A stretch of 61,509 nt of DNA, filler included, from an uncultured Methanosarcinales archaeon (GTDB lineage: Archaea > Nanobdellota > Nanobdellia > Woesearchaeales > CAZPJY01), in the NCBI GenBank assembly GCA_964587045.1. It is 5 parts of 4 records of this genome, joined end to end, with 100 filler letters (N's around TTAATTAATTAA, not from the genome) between each part and the next. Parts side by side here need not be neighbours in the genome. Positions count along the whole stretch, not along the records: positions 26,923 to 56,761 come from CAZPJY010000022.1; 4 more parts are not named here. One strand, written 5' to 3'. The position numbers and the translations under genes are program-made. Positions 37,013 to 48,047 of this stretch are shown here, in pieces; position 1 is the stretch's first letter, and every line of letters starts with the position of its first letter. The notes under the pieces were generated by a model, which saw nothing but the letters and a program-made list of their open reading frames with translations, ran no database searches and had not been told where the DNA came from.

Positions 37013-39655
37013 TTATCGTTCAAGGAAACTCTGCATCTTCTCGAGGCGCTTTGACCTCCTTCTGGTGCCGAATAGGTAAAGCTCGACCAGCACCACAGCA
37101 AATAGCACAATCAGAACCTTGATGAGGAAGGCGGTCTTGTCATCGCGATCGTCGGCGACCGATGTCTTAGTGGTGCTCCCAGGCTCCTTTATGGTTAGGG
37201 GGAAACTCTTCGTTCCGGTTAGGTCGACGCAGTCCCTACCCAGAGCGTCCTCTGCGACCGCATCCAGCCTCACGACATACTCACCGGCCGGTATGTTTGA
37301 TAGCTCGGCAGAATACTCGTAATTAGAGTAGGGCAGCTCATAACGCTTTATCGTATGATTTTCGACCGTTGATATGGATGCCGTTATCTTGGCGCTCGGA
37401 GCGCAGGAGGCTTTCCCGCTGTCGAAGGCAACGCCAGGAAGCTCCCTTCTGTTCACCTTTGAGTACACGAGGGTGCTTACTTTCACGCTCTCATTGCTGT
37501 CCGCGACTATCTTGTCTATGTTTGCGTCCAGATCCAAGAAGTTTTTGCCCAGCCTCATCTCGTGGTAGATCTTGCCGAAAATCTTCACCAGCTTGGTGGT
37601 GTTGGTAGGCGAATAATAATAATTCCCGCATCCCGACTTGTTTATCGAGTAGGAAGCGATCTTCTTGAGTATGGCCTCTGCCCTGCTGCCCTCATAGACC
37701 TCCTCGCCGTAGCCGATCGTGTACAGGCAAATCCCTTCGTTTGACAGGCGCTCAGCCATGCTGTACACCTTCTCCATGTTCAGATCCCAAGGCTGCCCGT
37801 CGCTCAGAAAGACGATGAGCCAGCCGTTCTCCAAGGAGGCGGTGCCGTCGACGTAGTTGGCCTCGGCGAGCTCGAGCGCGGGCAAATACCTGGTCGTGTT
37901 ACCAGCAGTTATTTGGTTAATGGATTTCTTGAGGTCTTTTTTATCGCTCGTGAACGCCTTCCGAAAGTATGCGTTCTCATCGAAGGTAATAAGGGACACC
38001 CTGTCGTCGCCCTTCATTAGGTCGATGAAGTTGACTGACGCGTTCTCTGCCATGTCAAGCTTGTTGCCGACGCCCATGCTGCCAGAACGGTCGAGGATCA
38101 AGGTCATGTCCACGCTGCCGTTGTACTTCGGCATGAAAAAGGACGCAAGGCCGGGTGACACCGGCACGAGCTGCTGGGTGGATCCAAACATCTTGGTTAT
38201 GTTGCAGAAGTAGCTGAAGTTTCCGCCCGTGTCGAATATCCTCTTGTAACTATCACCTGGAGCTATCGGCCCGGAATTGAAAAGGCCGTCATAGACCCCG
38301 TCGACGCCGCTTGTGACAGTGTGGTAGGACTGGCCGATATTCACCCAAGTGATCTCTGCGTAGTCACTTATCACTATGTCTTGGGGAACAAATCTCTCGT
38401 CAGTTATCCTGATGGTGTACCTGCGCGGCGTGGGGGTGACCTCCTGGCTTACGTAGTTGAAGACGCCGTCGCAGTCGTGTATCACGCAGGAATCCTCATC
38501 GACCTCCTTTACCACTAGTTCGTGAGCTTCTGAACCGATAATGTCACACTCCCCGCCATGGATGTCAGCCTTGACCTCAAGCAGGTAGTTTTCACCTGGG
38601 GGTATGTTGGCAAGACTTCCCAGGTAGCCGATCCCATCGAGGTAGAGCAGCTGGGTGTCCTTTACTATGACCCCCTCCTCTGTGACGTACGCCCAGACGT
38701 CAGCCTGCGGGCTGCAGGTTGTCTCATTCGACGTGTTGATGAACCCGGGAATCGGCCTCCTCCTGGCCTTGGAGTAAACCTGGGCAGCCACTCTAAGGTT
38801 GGTCTCGGTGCTTATCTCGTCAGAGCTGAGGAGAGACTCGACTGCCAGCCTCCCGACGCCGAAAGTCACCTCCCTATGGATCTTGTTGAAGATGTTTGCG
38901 AGGAAGGTCACGTCCTGCAGGGAGTAATAATACTCACCGCAGCCGGTGATCAGATTGGATATGTTGGCCATGCCTGTCAGGATATATTCTGCCTCGCTTC
39001 CCTTCGTGATGCCTTCGCCATAGCCGATGGAGTAGACGCACACGCCTTCCTCTGCTAGCTGCTGAACCTCTGCGAAGATGTTGTCAGGCTTGCCCTCATC
39101 CCAGGGCTGCCCGTCAGAGAGGAAGATCACTATCCTCTTCCTCGTCTGCGATGATTCGTCCTCGAGGAGCTTCTTTGAGGCTTGCAGCACAGGCATGTAG
39201 AAGGTGTTGCGGCCCACAGAGATGCTGTCAATCTTGGATTTCACCAGCTCCTGGTCCTCTGTGAAATCCTGCACCAGGTATGCGTTGTCGTCGAACTCGA
39301 AGACGGCCAGCCTCTCGTCGGCAGAAAGCAGCTCTATCAGTTTTTTCGAAGCGTCCTTCGCCTGCTTGAGCTTCAGGCCGCTCATGCTCGATGACCTGTC
39401 GAATACGAGGATTATGTCAACGCCGAAGTTCTCGTCTTCCCTCGTGAGGAGTACTGTTCCCAAATAATCCTCCACAGCTTTGCAGGTGGTGAACTCGCAT
39501 GTCAGCGTTCCCCTGGGGTGAATGATTATTATGTCCCTGTTCAGCTGGACGATCGTGACTATGACCACGCCTATCAGGATGGCCATCACGATATGAATCG
39601 CTATGTCGACTGTAAAGAAGCTTCCCCTCTTTCTCCCGAGCATGATACCCAACAC
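37013..39655 (-). CDS. surface protein: vWA - cupredoxin - vWA, TM at both ends
   Basis: DRSSSM and DRSGSM MIDAS motifs, FLSDG twice; HTVTS...YFC plastocyanin-like segment. Confidence 0.85.
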   Translation of the reverse strand: MLGIMLGRKRGSFFTVDIAIHIVMAILIGVVIVTIVQLNRDIIIIHPRGTLTCEFTTCKAVEDYLGTVLLTREDENFGVDIILVFDRSSSMSGLKLKQAKDASKKLIELLSADERLAVFEFDDNAYLVQDFTEDQELVKSKIDSISVGRNTFYMPVLQASKKLLEDESSQTRKRIVIFLSDGQPWDEGKPDNIFAEVQQLAEEGVCVYSIGYGEGITKGSEAEYILTGMANISNLITGCGEYYYSLQDVTFLANIFNKIHREVTFGVGRLAVESLLSSDEISTETNLRVAAQVYSKARRRPIPGFINTSNETTCSPQADVWAYVTEEGVIVKDTQLLYLDGIGYLGSLANIPPGENYLLEVKADIHGGECDIIGSEAHELVVKEVDEDSCVIHDCDGVFNYVSQEVTPTPRRYTIRITDERFVPQDIVISDYAEITWVNIGQSYHTVTSGVDGVYDGLFNSGPIAPGDSYKRIFDTGGNFSYFCNITKMFGSTQQLVPVSPGLASFFMPKYNGSVDMTLILDRSGSMGVGNKLDMAENASVNFIDLMKGDDRVSLITFDENAYFRKAFTSDKKDLKKSINQITAGNTTRYLPALELAEANYVDGTASLENGWLIVFLSDGQPWDLNMEKVYSMAERLSNEGICLYTIGYGEEVYEGSRAEAILKKIASYSINKSGCGNYYYSPTNTTKLVKIFGKIYHEMRLGKNFLDLDANIDKIVADSNESVKVSTLVYSKVNRRELPGVAFDSGKASCAPSAKITASISTVENHTIKRYELPYSNYEYSAELSNIPAGEYVVRLDAVAEDALGRDCVDLTGTKSFPLTIKEPGSTTKTSVADDRDDKTAFLIKVLIVLFAVVLVELYLFGTRRRSKRLEKMQSFLER

Positions 39656-39680
39656 GTGCCGAAGGTATTTATATTTTTCT

Positions 39681-41204
39681 TCAGAAGAGAGGTGGGGCGT
39701 CCATTTCCTGCGGAATCTTGATAGAAAGCAGCTTGAGAATGGTGGGAGCTACGCTCGCAAGCCCGCACCCTTCCCTGAGCTTGGCGCCTTTCATGTCGTT
39801 TGCGATGAGGGTCAGCATCACAGGGTTGAGGCTGTGGGCCGGGTTGGCTGAGCCGTCAGGATATGTCATGGCGTCGGAGTTGCCGTGGTCTGCGAGGAGC
39901 AATGCCATACCTCCCTTCCCGACCACTGAGTCGACCAGTCGCCCCGCGCACTCGTCAACGACTTCGCATGCCTTCACCGCAGCATCCAATACGCCGCTGT
40001 GCCCCACCAAGTCGGGATTTGCGAAGTTGACTATCATCACATCGTGCTTCCCTTGTTCGATCTGTTCCATCACCTTGTCCGTGACCTCGTAAGCGCTCAT
40101 CTCAGGCTTCTGATCATACGACGGGACTTTTGGCGAAGGGACCAGTATCCTATCCTCCCCTTCGTTGGGCGTCTCGATCTGGCTGTTGAAGAAAAACGTC
40201 ACGTGAGCGTACTTCTCTGTCTCCGCTGCTCGAAGCTGCTTTATCCCATTGTCTGCAAGCACTTTGCCCAGGTTGTTTGAGACCTGCTCTTGGGGGAAGG
40301 CCACGGGAAGGTGGAATTCCCTGTCGTATTCTGAGAAGCACACGAAAGACAGGTTCAACCTCTTGGCAGGGAACTTACTAAAGCCCTCAACTGCGAGGGC
40401 GTTGGTGATCTGCCTTGCGCGGTCCGACCTGAAGTTGAAGAAAATTACTGAGTCCCCCTCTTTGATAGTAGCGACCGGCTTGCCTTCCCTGACGATGGCT
40501 GTCGGCTTGACGTAGTAGTCTGTAGGGTCGCCCCGCTCATAGGCCATCTGGATGGCTTCCTTGGCAGATGCTGCTTTGAACCCTTTGCCTTCGGTCAGGA
40601 GGAGGTAAGCCTCCTGGGTCCTGCCCCAGTTGGTGTCCCTGTCCATCGCGTAGTACCTGCCGACTATTGATGCTATCACACCCTTTCCTGAACACTGCGC
40701 TTCGAACTGCTCCAGAAAGCTGAGAAAGCTCTTTTCTGGCACATCCCGGCCGTCGAGAAAAGCGTGCACGAACACCTTGCTAATGCCCTTGGACGATGCC
40801 ATCTTGATAAGGGGAGCGATGTGGTTGAAGTCAGCATGGACCCCTTCGTCGCTGAACAGACCCATCAGATGGAGCTTGGTCCCGCGCTGCATGCAGGAAT
40901 CCATGCATGCGTTGAGGGCTGGGTTTTCGTAGAATGACCCGTCCTTTACGGCCTTGTTTATCTTCTCGTAGGGCTGCCAGACCACGCGTCCTGCCCCCAT
41001 TGTCAGGTGGCCGACCTCGCTTCCTCCCATCGTGCCATCTGGCAGGCCGACGAAGTTCCCTCCACATCCGAGCAGAACGTGCGGGTACTCTGCGAGGAAC
41101 CTGTCATCGTTTGGGGTTTTAGCTAGGCTTATCGCGTTACCAGGTCCGGGGGGTCCGTGACCCCAGCCATCCCTTATGACCATTAGCAAGGGGGTGTGAT
41201 TCAA
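39681..41204 (-). CDS. gpmI: 2,3-BPG-independent phosphoglycerate mutase (bacterial type)
   Basis: [49 protein letters not shown]. Confidence 0.97.
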   Translation of the reverse strand: MNHTPLLMVIRDGWGHGPPGPGNAISLAKTPNDDRFLAEYPHVLLGCGGNFVGLPDGTMGGSEVGHLTMGAGRVVWQPYEKINKAVKDGSFYENPALNACMDSCMQRGTKLHLMGLFSDEGVHADFNHIAPLIKMASSKGISKVFVHAFLDGRDVPEKSFLSFLEQFEAQCSGKGVIASIVGRYYAMDRDTNWGRTQEAYLLLTEGKGFKAASAKEAIQMAYERGDPTDYYVKPTAIVREGKPVATIKEGDSVIFFNFRSDRARQITNALAVEGFSKFPAKRLNLSFVCFSEYDREFHLPVAFPQEQVSNNLGKVLADNGIKQLRAAETEKYAHVTFFFNSQIETPNEGEDRILVPSPKVPSYDQKPEMSAYEVTDKVMEQIEQGKHDVMIVNFANPDLVGHSGVLDAAVKACEVVDECAGRLVDSVVGKGGMALLLADHGNSDAMTYPDGSANPAHSLNPVMLTLIANDMKGAKLREGCGLASVAPTILKLLSIKIPQEMDAPPLF

Positions 41205-42448
41205 TTTCTGAACCTGTGATACTTCAATCCTGACTCCTCTTCAATCCTCAGTAGCCTGTTGTACTTGGCCACTCGCTCGCTCCTCGCTGGGGCGCCGAGC
41301 TTGATCTGGCCGCACCCAAGCCCAACTGCGAGGTCTGCAATGAAGGTGTCCTCTGTCTCTCCGCTCCTGTGGCTTACCATCACCTTCCACTTGTGGCTCA
41401 TAGCAAGCCTTGCTGCGTCGAGAGCTTCTGTGACAGTGCCGATCTGGTTTACCTTTAGCAGGAGCGCCCGGCAGAGTTTCTTGTCGATGGCCATCCTTAT
41501 CCTGGAAGTGTTGGTGACGAGGAGATCGTCTCCCACTACCTGTATCGGCGTTGCTGCCGAAAGCGACGCGAAGGAGTCGAAGTCATCCTGGTCGAAGGCG
41601 TCCTCGATTGAGATTATTGGGAATCTCTTGATTAGCTTGAGGTAGTACTTGGTGAGCTCCTCCCCTGAGAGCAGTCGGTTAAGCCTGTAGAGGTTGTTTT
41701 TGTAGAACTCAGAAGCTGCCGGATCCATGGCGATACGCATCTTCTTTTCATAGCCAGCTTCCTTGATTGCCTTCTGGAGCATGCTCAACGCCTCCTCAGC
41801 AGTGTCTATCGGCGGAGCGAATCCGCCCTCGTCGCCGACGTTTACGGCCGAGGTGCCGTATTTCTTCTTGAGGATCGCCTTTAGGGTGTGGTAGGTCTCT
41901 GCGACCGATTGGGTTGCGTCTGAAAACGACCTGGCATTCACCGGCGCTATCATGAACTCCTGCATGGCTAGCTTGCCACCGGCGTGCTTCCCGCCGTTGA
42001 TGACATTGGCGAAGGGCACTGGAAGTGTTGCTTTCTTAGTTCCTACCAGTTTTGCGATTCTTTCATACAGGGGGATGCCGGTCTCGAGCGCTGAAGCCCT
42101 GGCTGCTGCCATGCTGACCGCCAGCATTGCGTTTGCGCCGAGGTTCCTCTTGTTTGGGCTGCCGTCCAGCGTTATCATCCTTGAATCGAGACCGCGCTGG
42201 TCTTTGACGTTCATTCCCTTCAGCTTTTTCGCTATTCTGTCGTTTACGTTGGCCACAGCCTTCTTGACGCCTTTTCCGCCGTACCTCTTACCTTTATCCC
42301 TGAGTTCCAAGGCCTCATGGGTGCCGGTCGATGCGCCGCTAGGCACTATAGCTGTTCCTACAGCGGTTTTAGTGGTTACTACAGCTTCGACGGTCGGGTT
42401 TCCCCTTGAGTCGAGAACCTCCCTAGCGAAGACTTTTTTGATTTCCAC
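41201..42448 (-). CDS. eno: enolase
   Basis: [33 protein letters not shown]. Confidence 0.98.
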   Translation of the reverse strand: MEIKKVFAREVLDSRGNPTVEAVVTTKTAVGTAIVPSGASTGTHEALELRDKGKRYGGKGVKKAVANVNDRIAKKLKGMNVKDQRGLDSRMITLDGSPNKRNLGANAMLAVSMAAARASALETGIPLYERIAKLVGTKKATLPVPFANVINGGKHAGGKLAMQEFMIAPVNARSFSDATQSVAETYHTLKAILKKKYGTSAVNVGDEGGFAPPIDTAEEALSMLQKAIKEAGYEKKMRIAMDPAASEFYKNNLYRLNRLLSGEELTKYYLKLIKRFPIISIEDAFDQDDFDSFASLSAATPIQVVGDDLLVTNTSRIRMAIDKKLCRALLLKVNQIGTVTEALDAARLAMSHKWKVMVSHRSGETEDTFIADLAVGLGCGQIKLGAPARSERVAKYNRLLRIEEESGLKYHRFRN

Positions 42449-42461
42449 TGGGTTTCCCTCC

Positions 42462-43247
42462 TTACCCTATATAGTTGGTCTCCTCAGCGACCGTAATCTT
42501 CCCTTTCTTTTTGGTGATGTCGGAGATTTCTGAACGAAGCATCATCTCGTTCTCCATCTCGGTTATCTCCTTATCGAGCTCTTTCAGGCTCATCTTGAGT
42601 GAAAGCTTCTTCATAAGGATCTTGAGCACTTCTCTTGCTCCCTTGACCCCGAGGTAGGCTGGATGTCCGAGGGTCTCAGCGAGGAGGCAAATCGCATCTA
42701 GCTTACGCTTTGCTGAAAGTCCGACAAGCAGGCCACTGACTCCTATAATCGGACCTACAATGCCATAGAGCTTGTCATCAAGCTTGGTATCTTTCTTGTA
42801 CTTTTGGACGATCCTCTTCGAGTTGCCTGTGCCGTAAACCTTTGGAGATTTTGGGACTTCGGATAGGCCTATTCCTCCTATTGTGATCAGTTCCGTTCCC
42901 CCCAACTCTTCTAGCATGTCAAGGATGGTTTTGCAGAACTCGTATGATGAGCGCTCGTCTATTGGTTGTATGTCCCCTGTCAGGAGGATCAGGTCTCTCT
43001 TCTTGGTCCCAAAGGAGACATAATAAACCTCGATTGATGGTAGCTCCACGAGATTCCGTTCGTTTACGAAGACTGAATGTGGCATGTCGAACGAGGTGAG
43101 TGAGTAGAGCTTCTTCGCCTTGAGCTCGCTCGCCATGAAATCGACGACGACCTTCCCGACGTTGCCTATGCCTGGAAGACCTTCTACTAAGATGGGGTTG
43201 TTCAGAGTAGGTATCTTCTTGGTTTTGGGCTCTAATTTCCAGCTCAT
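42462..43247 (-). CDS. PAC2 family proteasome assembly chaperone
   Basis: [16 protein letters not shown]; start re-assigned to MSWKLEPK. Confidence 0.9.
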   Translation of the reverse strand: MSWKLEPKTKKIPTLNNPILVEGLPGIGNVGKVVVDFMASELKAKKLYSLTSFDMPHSVFVNERNLVELPSIEVYYVSFGTKKRDLILLTGDIQPIDERSSYEFCKTILDMLEELGGTELITIGGIGLSEVPKSPKVYGTGNSKRIVQKYKKDTKLDDKLYGIVGPIIGVSGLLVGLSAKRKLDAICLLAETLGHPAYLGVKGAREVLKILMKKLSLKMSLKELDKEITEMENEMMLRSEISDITKKKGKITVAEETNYIG

Positions 43248-43426
43248 GAGAGCATTCCCTCTTTTTCGAGATCTGCGCGCTTGGCCATGCGGCGGTACTT
43301 GCCATACGGGTCTTCGGGCGAGTACTTGGGCGGACGGACGCTCACTGCTTTGCCTCCGCAGGAGCAGGATTCCTCCATGGTGTAATTCCCACACGCGGAG
43401 CACCTGAGAATGTGCTTCGCCATCAA
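43244..43426 (-). CDS. nop10: H/ACA RNP protein Nop10
   Basis: C..CG.YT...C.CG......PPKYSPEDPYGKYRR. Confidence 0.95.
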   Translation of the reverse strand: MMAKHILRCSACGNYTMEESCSCGGKAVSVRPPKYSPEDPYGKYRRMAKRADLEKEGMLS

Positions 43427-43432
43427 ACCACC

Positions 43433-44212
43433 CTACTTGTCATGCCGAGTGAAGGAGAACTCGCCATGGTTTTTCTTTATGTTGGACGATACGGTATCAG
43501 TAACCTTGGTCAGGGTCTTCTCAGCGGTCTTGTAGTCGCTGGCCTCAACCCTCAGGCTGAACTTGCCTGCCCCGAGGTAGGTTATGGTGACGCCATCCCC
43601 GCTCTTCTCGCCTTTGATGAGCGCAGCCTTGACTTTCTCGACGCCGTCGCTTTCATACGACGTTATTGACATGCCGCCACTTATCTCGACATGGGGTGGC
43701 TTGATGCGCATCTGAATCAGCTCGAGCAGGGCTTCTTGGGCTTTCTTGTCGAGGTCTAATTTCTTTATCAGTCCGGGATCTGACACGGCTTCCTCGAAGA
43801 AGTCGTATATGTAGTCGTAATCCTTTGAGACAAGTGAATGGATCTTCTTGTACAATGCCTTGAAATCAGTTTTTGCGTTCTTTGCATAGGTCTCAATAAT
43901 CTTCTCTGCGAGCTGTTCCTGCTTGAGCCGATTGACCTTCTCTTTTCGGGCGTTATCAGAAACCCTCCTAAGGGACAGGTCGATTTGGTTCCGCTCCTTG
44001 TTGACGCGGAGCACCTTGCAGACCACCTTTTTGCCTTCCTTGACAAAGTCCCTGATGTTCCTTATCCTCCCAGGTGATACTTCGGAGATGTGGATCATAC
44101 CGCTCATGTCGTACTCGTCGAGGTTGACGAAAACTGAATGGTATTGGATCTTGGTAATCGTCACTAGAACAAGCTCGTGCTCCTCTGGGTAACCCTTTCT
44201 CTTATATAGCAT
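43433..44212 (-). CDS. eif2a: translation initiation factor aIF-2 alpha
   Basis: S1 domain LDEY...IHISEVS...IRNIRD...IDLSLRRV; YLGAGKF. Confidence 0.95.
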   Translation of the reverse strand: MLYKRKGYPEEHELVLVTITKIQYHSVFVNLDEYDMSGMIHISEVSPGRIRNIRDFVKEGKKVVCKVLRVNKERNQIDLSLRRVSDNARKEKVNRLKQEQLAEKIIETYAKNAKTDFKALYKKIHSLVSKDYDYIYDFFEEAVSDPGLIKKLDLDKKAQEALLELIQMRIKPPHVEISGGMSITSYESDGVEKVKAALIKGEKSGDGVTITYLGAGKFSLRVEASDYKTAEKTLTKVTDTVSSNIKKNHGEFSFTRHDK

Positions 44213-44217
44213 TCGTA

Positions 44218-44406
44218 CTACTCCAAGACTTCAAGTATTCTCGATTTGACCTTAGTCTTTCCGCCCGTCGGCTCTGCAAGGGTCTTGTTGCACACCAAGC
44301 ATTTGATTTCAGAAGATGCCTTGCCGAAGATTATCTGCTCGTTCTTGCATTTCGGACAGCGGACTTTGATGAATTTTGAAGTCGGTTCTTTCAGTTGGAT
44401 ATCCAT
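44218..44406 (-). CDS. rps27e: 30S ribosomal protein S27e
   Basis: SKFIKVRCPKCKNEQIIF...CLVC...PTGGK. Confidence 0.96.
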   Translation of the reverse strand: MDIQLKEPTSKFIKVRCPKCKNEQIIFGKASSEIKCLVCNKTLAEPTGGKTKVKSRILEVLE

Positions 44407-44531
44407 GATAATTCCCTCTTATGGCGTTGGTTTGAGGAATGGTCCCCTCTATTTAAAGGCTTTGTTTTCACGTCGTGATAGAACCTTAATTCAGAAGATT
44501 TAAAAATAAGGTTTGGGAATCTAATGTTACC

Positions 44532-45680
44532 ATGAAAACAAAAGACAAACTAGTTATCACTTCTGAATCCGTCACCGAAGGACATCCTGACAAGATTTGC
44601 GACCAGGTTAGCGACGCTATTTTGGATGAGCTGTTACGCCAGGACAGGAATTCGAGGGTAGCTGTTGAGACCCTCACAACAACCGGGCTTGTCGTAGTGG
44701 CCGGCGAGGTTACGACCAAAGGCTTTGCTAACGTGCAGGAAGTGGTCAGGCGGACCCTGAAGAGAATAGGCTATACCAATCCGGATTTCGGCATAGATTT
44801 TGAGGATGCTGGTGTCTTGGTCTCCATTCATGAGCAGAGTCCGGATATCAGCATAGGAGTGTCTGGCAAGGAACAGGGAGCTGGGGACCAGGGCATGATG
44901 TATGGCTACGCCTGCAACGAGACCAAGGAGCTTATGCCCCTTCCGATAGTGCTCGCCCACAAGCTCGCTGCCAAGCTCGCTCAGGTTAGGAAGAGCAGGA
45001 AGTTGCCTTACCTGGGTCCCGACGGCAAGTCGCAGGTGTCTGTTGAGTACGAACTCGGAAGACCCAAGCGATTATCGGCAGTTGTCATTGCAACCCAGCA
45101 CCTCGAGAGAGTCAGCGAAGCGAGGGTTAGGAGGGACGTGTTGAAACATGTGGTCAAGCCCGTCGTCGGAAGGCTGGTAGACAAGGGGACCAAGATACAC
45201 ATTAACGCAACCGGCAAATTCGTTTTAGGAGGGCCTGAAGCTGACACCGGCCTGACCGGGAGGAAGATAATTGTAGACACCTACGGCGGCGTCGGAAGGC
45301 ATGGTGGGGGGGCGTTCTCAGGAAAGGATCCCTCTAAGGTCGACCGCTCTGCTGCCTACATGGCCAGATACATAGCAAAGAACGTCGTCGCCGCGGGCCT
45401 TGCCTCCAAGTGTGAGGTGGGCATTTCCTACGCAATCGGCATTGCTGAGCCGACCTCGGTGCATGTCGAGTGCTTTGGAACCAACAACATACCTGAGGCA
45501 AGGATATCAGCCCTGATACGAAAGCACTTCTCCCTTGCTCCGCGGGGTATTATCAGCTCCCTTAATCTGCTAAGGCCAATCTATGAGAAGACCGCAGCAT
45601 ACGGACACTTCGGCAGGGCAGATCCGGATTTCACTTGGGAACGCACGGACAAGGCGAATTTGCTTAGAAAGGAAGCCTAG
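44532..45680 (+). CDS. metK: S-adenosylmethionine synthetase (bacterial/eukaryotic type)
   Basis: [33 protein letters not shown]. Confidence 0.98.
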   Translation: MKTKDKLVITSESVTEGHPDKICDQVSDAILDELLRQDRNSRVAVETLTTTGLVVVAGEVTTKGFANVQEVVRRTLKRIGYTNPDFGIDFEDAGVLVSIHEQSPDISIGVSGKEQGAGDQGMMYGYACNETKELMPLPIVLAHKLAAKLAQVRKSRKLPYLGPDGKSQVSVEYELGRPKRLSAVVIATQHLERVSEARVRRDVLKHVVKPVVGRLVDKGTKIHINATGKFVLGGPEADTGLTGRKIIVDTYGGVGRHGGGAFSGKDPSKVDRSAAYMARYIAKNVVAAGLASKCEVGISYAIGIAEPTSVHVECFGTNNIPEARISALIRKHFSLAPRGIISSLNLLRPIYEKTAAYGHFGRADPDFTWERTDKANLLRKEA

Positions 45681-45955
45681 GGCGGGCCTGGAACCGAGTT
45701 GTTATCAGCAGGATTTTGGGCTGGTGCTTCTTTGCTTAACTGCACGACCCTGCCTGTTGCCACCATTTCGCTTCTGTCGGAAAGCTGGTCCAGCACCATA
45801 TAGGTTGAAGATAGGAGCGCTCCCATGAATATCAGGAAGAGTACTACGCTGATTGTGGTCCATCTGCCCCAGTGCCTCCGGTCATGCTCGACTTTGTGCT
45901 CAAGGGCGTTCTTGCGTGAGCTGTAAGGATGCCCTCTCGGATGATGCAGTTTCAT
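45677..45955 (-). CDS. small membrane protein
   Basis: Single TM; TATA upstream. Confidence 0.55.
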   Translation of the reverse strand: MKLHHPRGHPYSSRKNALEHKVEHDRRHWGRWTTISVVLFLIFMGALLSSTYMVLDQLSDRSEMVATGRVVQLSKEAPAQNPADNNSVPGPP

Positions 45956-46009
45956 AATAGGTCTATATGAGCCTGCTTATATAAAATTATTGAAAAAAGA
46001 AAGAGAAAA

Positions 46010-46435
46010 TTATTTGATTTCTATCTTCTTGGTCTCGACTTTCTCGGTTGGGACCTTGTCGAGCACAAGTTCGAGCAATCCATCCTTGTAGGTTGCATTG
46101 ACCTTGTCGGCCACGTCATCTGGCAGCCTGTACGCGCTTTCGAACTTGCTGTAGAACCTCCCCTGCCTGAGGAAGTTGTTCTTCTCGTCCTTAATCTCTT
46201 CCTTGCGCTCGCCTTTGACTCGGAGAATCCTGTCCTCGATGGAGACGTTGATTGCGTCCTTCTTCAATCCTGGCATCTCGAAAGTGAATATGTAGCTCTT
46301 GTCGTTTTCCTTTATGTCCAACACAGGCGTTCGCGTATCGCTGAACAACGGCTGGTTGTCGAAGAACCGCTCAAGCATGTTGAAAGGCTCCCAATCGAAA
46401 AAGCTCCTGAATGGTTCATACTTTACTATTGCCAG
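46010..46435 (-). CDS. Hsp20/alpha-crystallin small heat shock protein (CTG in place of expected ATG)
   Basis: DIKE...EMPGLKKDAINV...FESAYRLP...ATYKDGLLEL; natural N-terminus appears to be (M)AIVKYEPF. Confidence 0.88.
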   Translation of the reverse strand: MAIVKYEPFRSFFDWEPFNMLERFFDNQPLFSDTRTPVLDIKENDKSYIFTFEMPGLKKDAINVSIEDRILRVKGERKEEIKDEKNNFLRQGRFYSKFESAYRLPDDVADKVNATYKDGLLELVLDKVPTEKVETKKIEIK

Positions 46436-47025
46436 AAGAAGAAGTTCTTCCAACTGAGGGGCCTCGGAGGCACTGACCCAGGCGCCTTCGACAACGTGTT
46501 GAGACGTGTTTTCCTGATACTCCTTGACATGCATGAATGCCTGGAGCCCTGCATCGAGGAGATTTGCAAGAAAAAGGGCCCACGGGCATAAAGGACTGCG
46601 TCGACCAGCTGCGCGCCTCTCACGACCTGATTACCAAATTCACGAACTATTGCATCAGGCTCCTGAACAAGAAGCCCTCCGCGGACTTCCGGAAGACAGC
46701 GTTTCTCACACACACTCTTTTACTGCTGGAAGAGGCAAGCGACGTTTACCTATACATCGCGAGGGAGGTGCATGGCAAGTCGCTTGCTCCCACCAAAGAG
46801 GCCAAGGAAATATTCTCAGAACACAAGACTTATTCGAGGCTGTTCTATAATTTCTTCTACTCCACCAACACAAAAGACGCCCTGAAGCTGATCAACATGT
46901 GGAGGACCATCTTCGGCAGGATCAACGGTTTGAAGCAGGAGGACGACATACTCTTCTGCTCGAGGCTTGCGGTTTCCATAAACCTACTCTCAAGCCTTAC
47001 AGAAGCGGGGTTGTCATGTGGATGA
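46433..47025 (+). pseudogene. 5'-truncated, frameshifted PhoU-like (phosphate uptake regulator-type) gene
   Basis: Frame A 46433-46591 ...FDNVLRRVFLILLDM...; frame B continues HDLITKFTNYCIRLLNKK...LEEASD; no start or N-terminal domain. Confidence 0.55.
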
Positions 47026-47033
47026 ATGAGAAA

Positions 47034-47681
47034 TCATGAGACATATCCCTTGATGAGGAGCCGCCCCATCGTTGTGAGCTGAACCGCAACCTTGCCGCCG
47101 GATTCAGTGGTCTCGACGAGGCCCAGGTCCTTTAAGCCCTCACTCTTCAGGTTGCCGTTGATGTGGTACGATATCAAGGGGAGGCTCATCTTGGTCCTCT
47201 TGGAGAGCTCCTCAAGCGTTGAGCAGCAGTCCTGCTGGTGAATCACCTTGAGAATCTCCTTTTTCCTCTCAGTCAGGACGTTGTAGTAAGAGAACTTGAG
47301 AATTGGCAGCATCATGACCTCCTCCTCGTTGGACGCGAACGCCTTGATACCGTTAACGAAAGCCGCACTAGTAGCCGCGCACCTGGTGACAGTATCACCT
47401 GTCGCTACGTTTATCAGGAGCTCTGAGCCAGTCTCAATCTCCTTGAGCTCCCTAATCACCCGGAAAATCTCTTCCCACGGGTCGCCTTCGATCTTCACTA
47501 TTTTCACAGGGATCTTGAACTTGTCAAGCTCTGCCTTGGCTGTTTCGCACTCGTCGAGGTATTTTTCTGGGGTGACTATGATGACTCTCTCTGTCGGAAA
47601 CTCCCTGACCCCTACATACAAGGAGGGCATGTTATCCCCTCCGGGCGCGATAACCACGAATTTCTTGTTCTTGTCAGGCAT
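47034..47681 (-). CDS. transcriptional regulator: CARF-like Rossmann domain + winged HTH
   Basis: LINVATG...AATSAAF; LTERKKEIL...LEELSKRTKMSLPLISYHI...L..LGLV. Confidence 0.75.
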   Translation of the reverse strand: MPDKNKKFVVIAPGGDNMPSLYVGVREFPTERVIIVTPEKYLDECETAKAELDKFKIPVKIVKIEGDPWEEIFRVIRELKEIETGSELLINVATGDTVTRCAATSAAFVNGIKAFASNEEEVMMLPILKFSYYNVLTERKKEILKVIHQQDCCSTLEELSKRTKMSLPLISYHINGNLKSEGLKDLGLVETTESGGKVAVQLTTMGRLLIKGYVS

Positions 47682-48047
47682 GGTGAACGGGCAAGCTTGG
47701 GGGTTTTTTAAACTTTATGATTTTCAGCTTCGTAAAATCTGACTCAGCCTGCTTTCAATAACATATGCCTGCAGTGACTTGCTGAAGTCTAAGAGCGGCC
47801 CCCTGTCATTAAGGGATTTCAGCTTTGAACCTGCCCTGTAGAGGATGTATTGAAGGCCCCTTTTCGAGGAGTGGCCCTCCACCGCCTTTCCGAGAAGTGC
47901 GTGGATGGAGAAATACTCGTATGCGAGCTTGTAAAGCCTCCTCTGAGAGTCCGGGGCTGTTCTTCCTGGCAGGCGGTCCCTCTCGTTGAGCCATCATGGT
48001 AAATTTTAATAATCAAGAGTTCAGACTTGTTTACGAGGTGGTTTCCA

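Noticed and set aside
46568..46581. Programmed -1 frameshift at AAGAAAAAGGGCCC
   Set aside because: Not a canonical slippery heptamer, and the gene is already 5'-truncated; decay or sequencing error is more likely.
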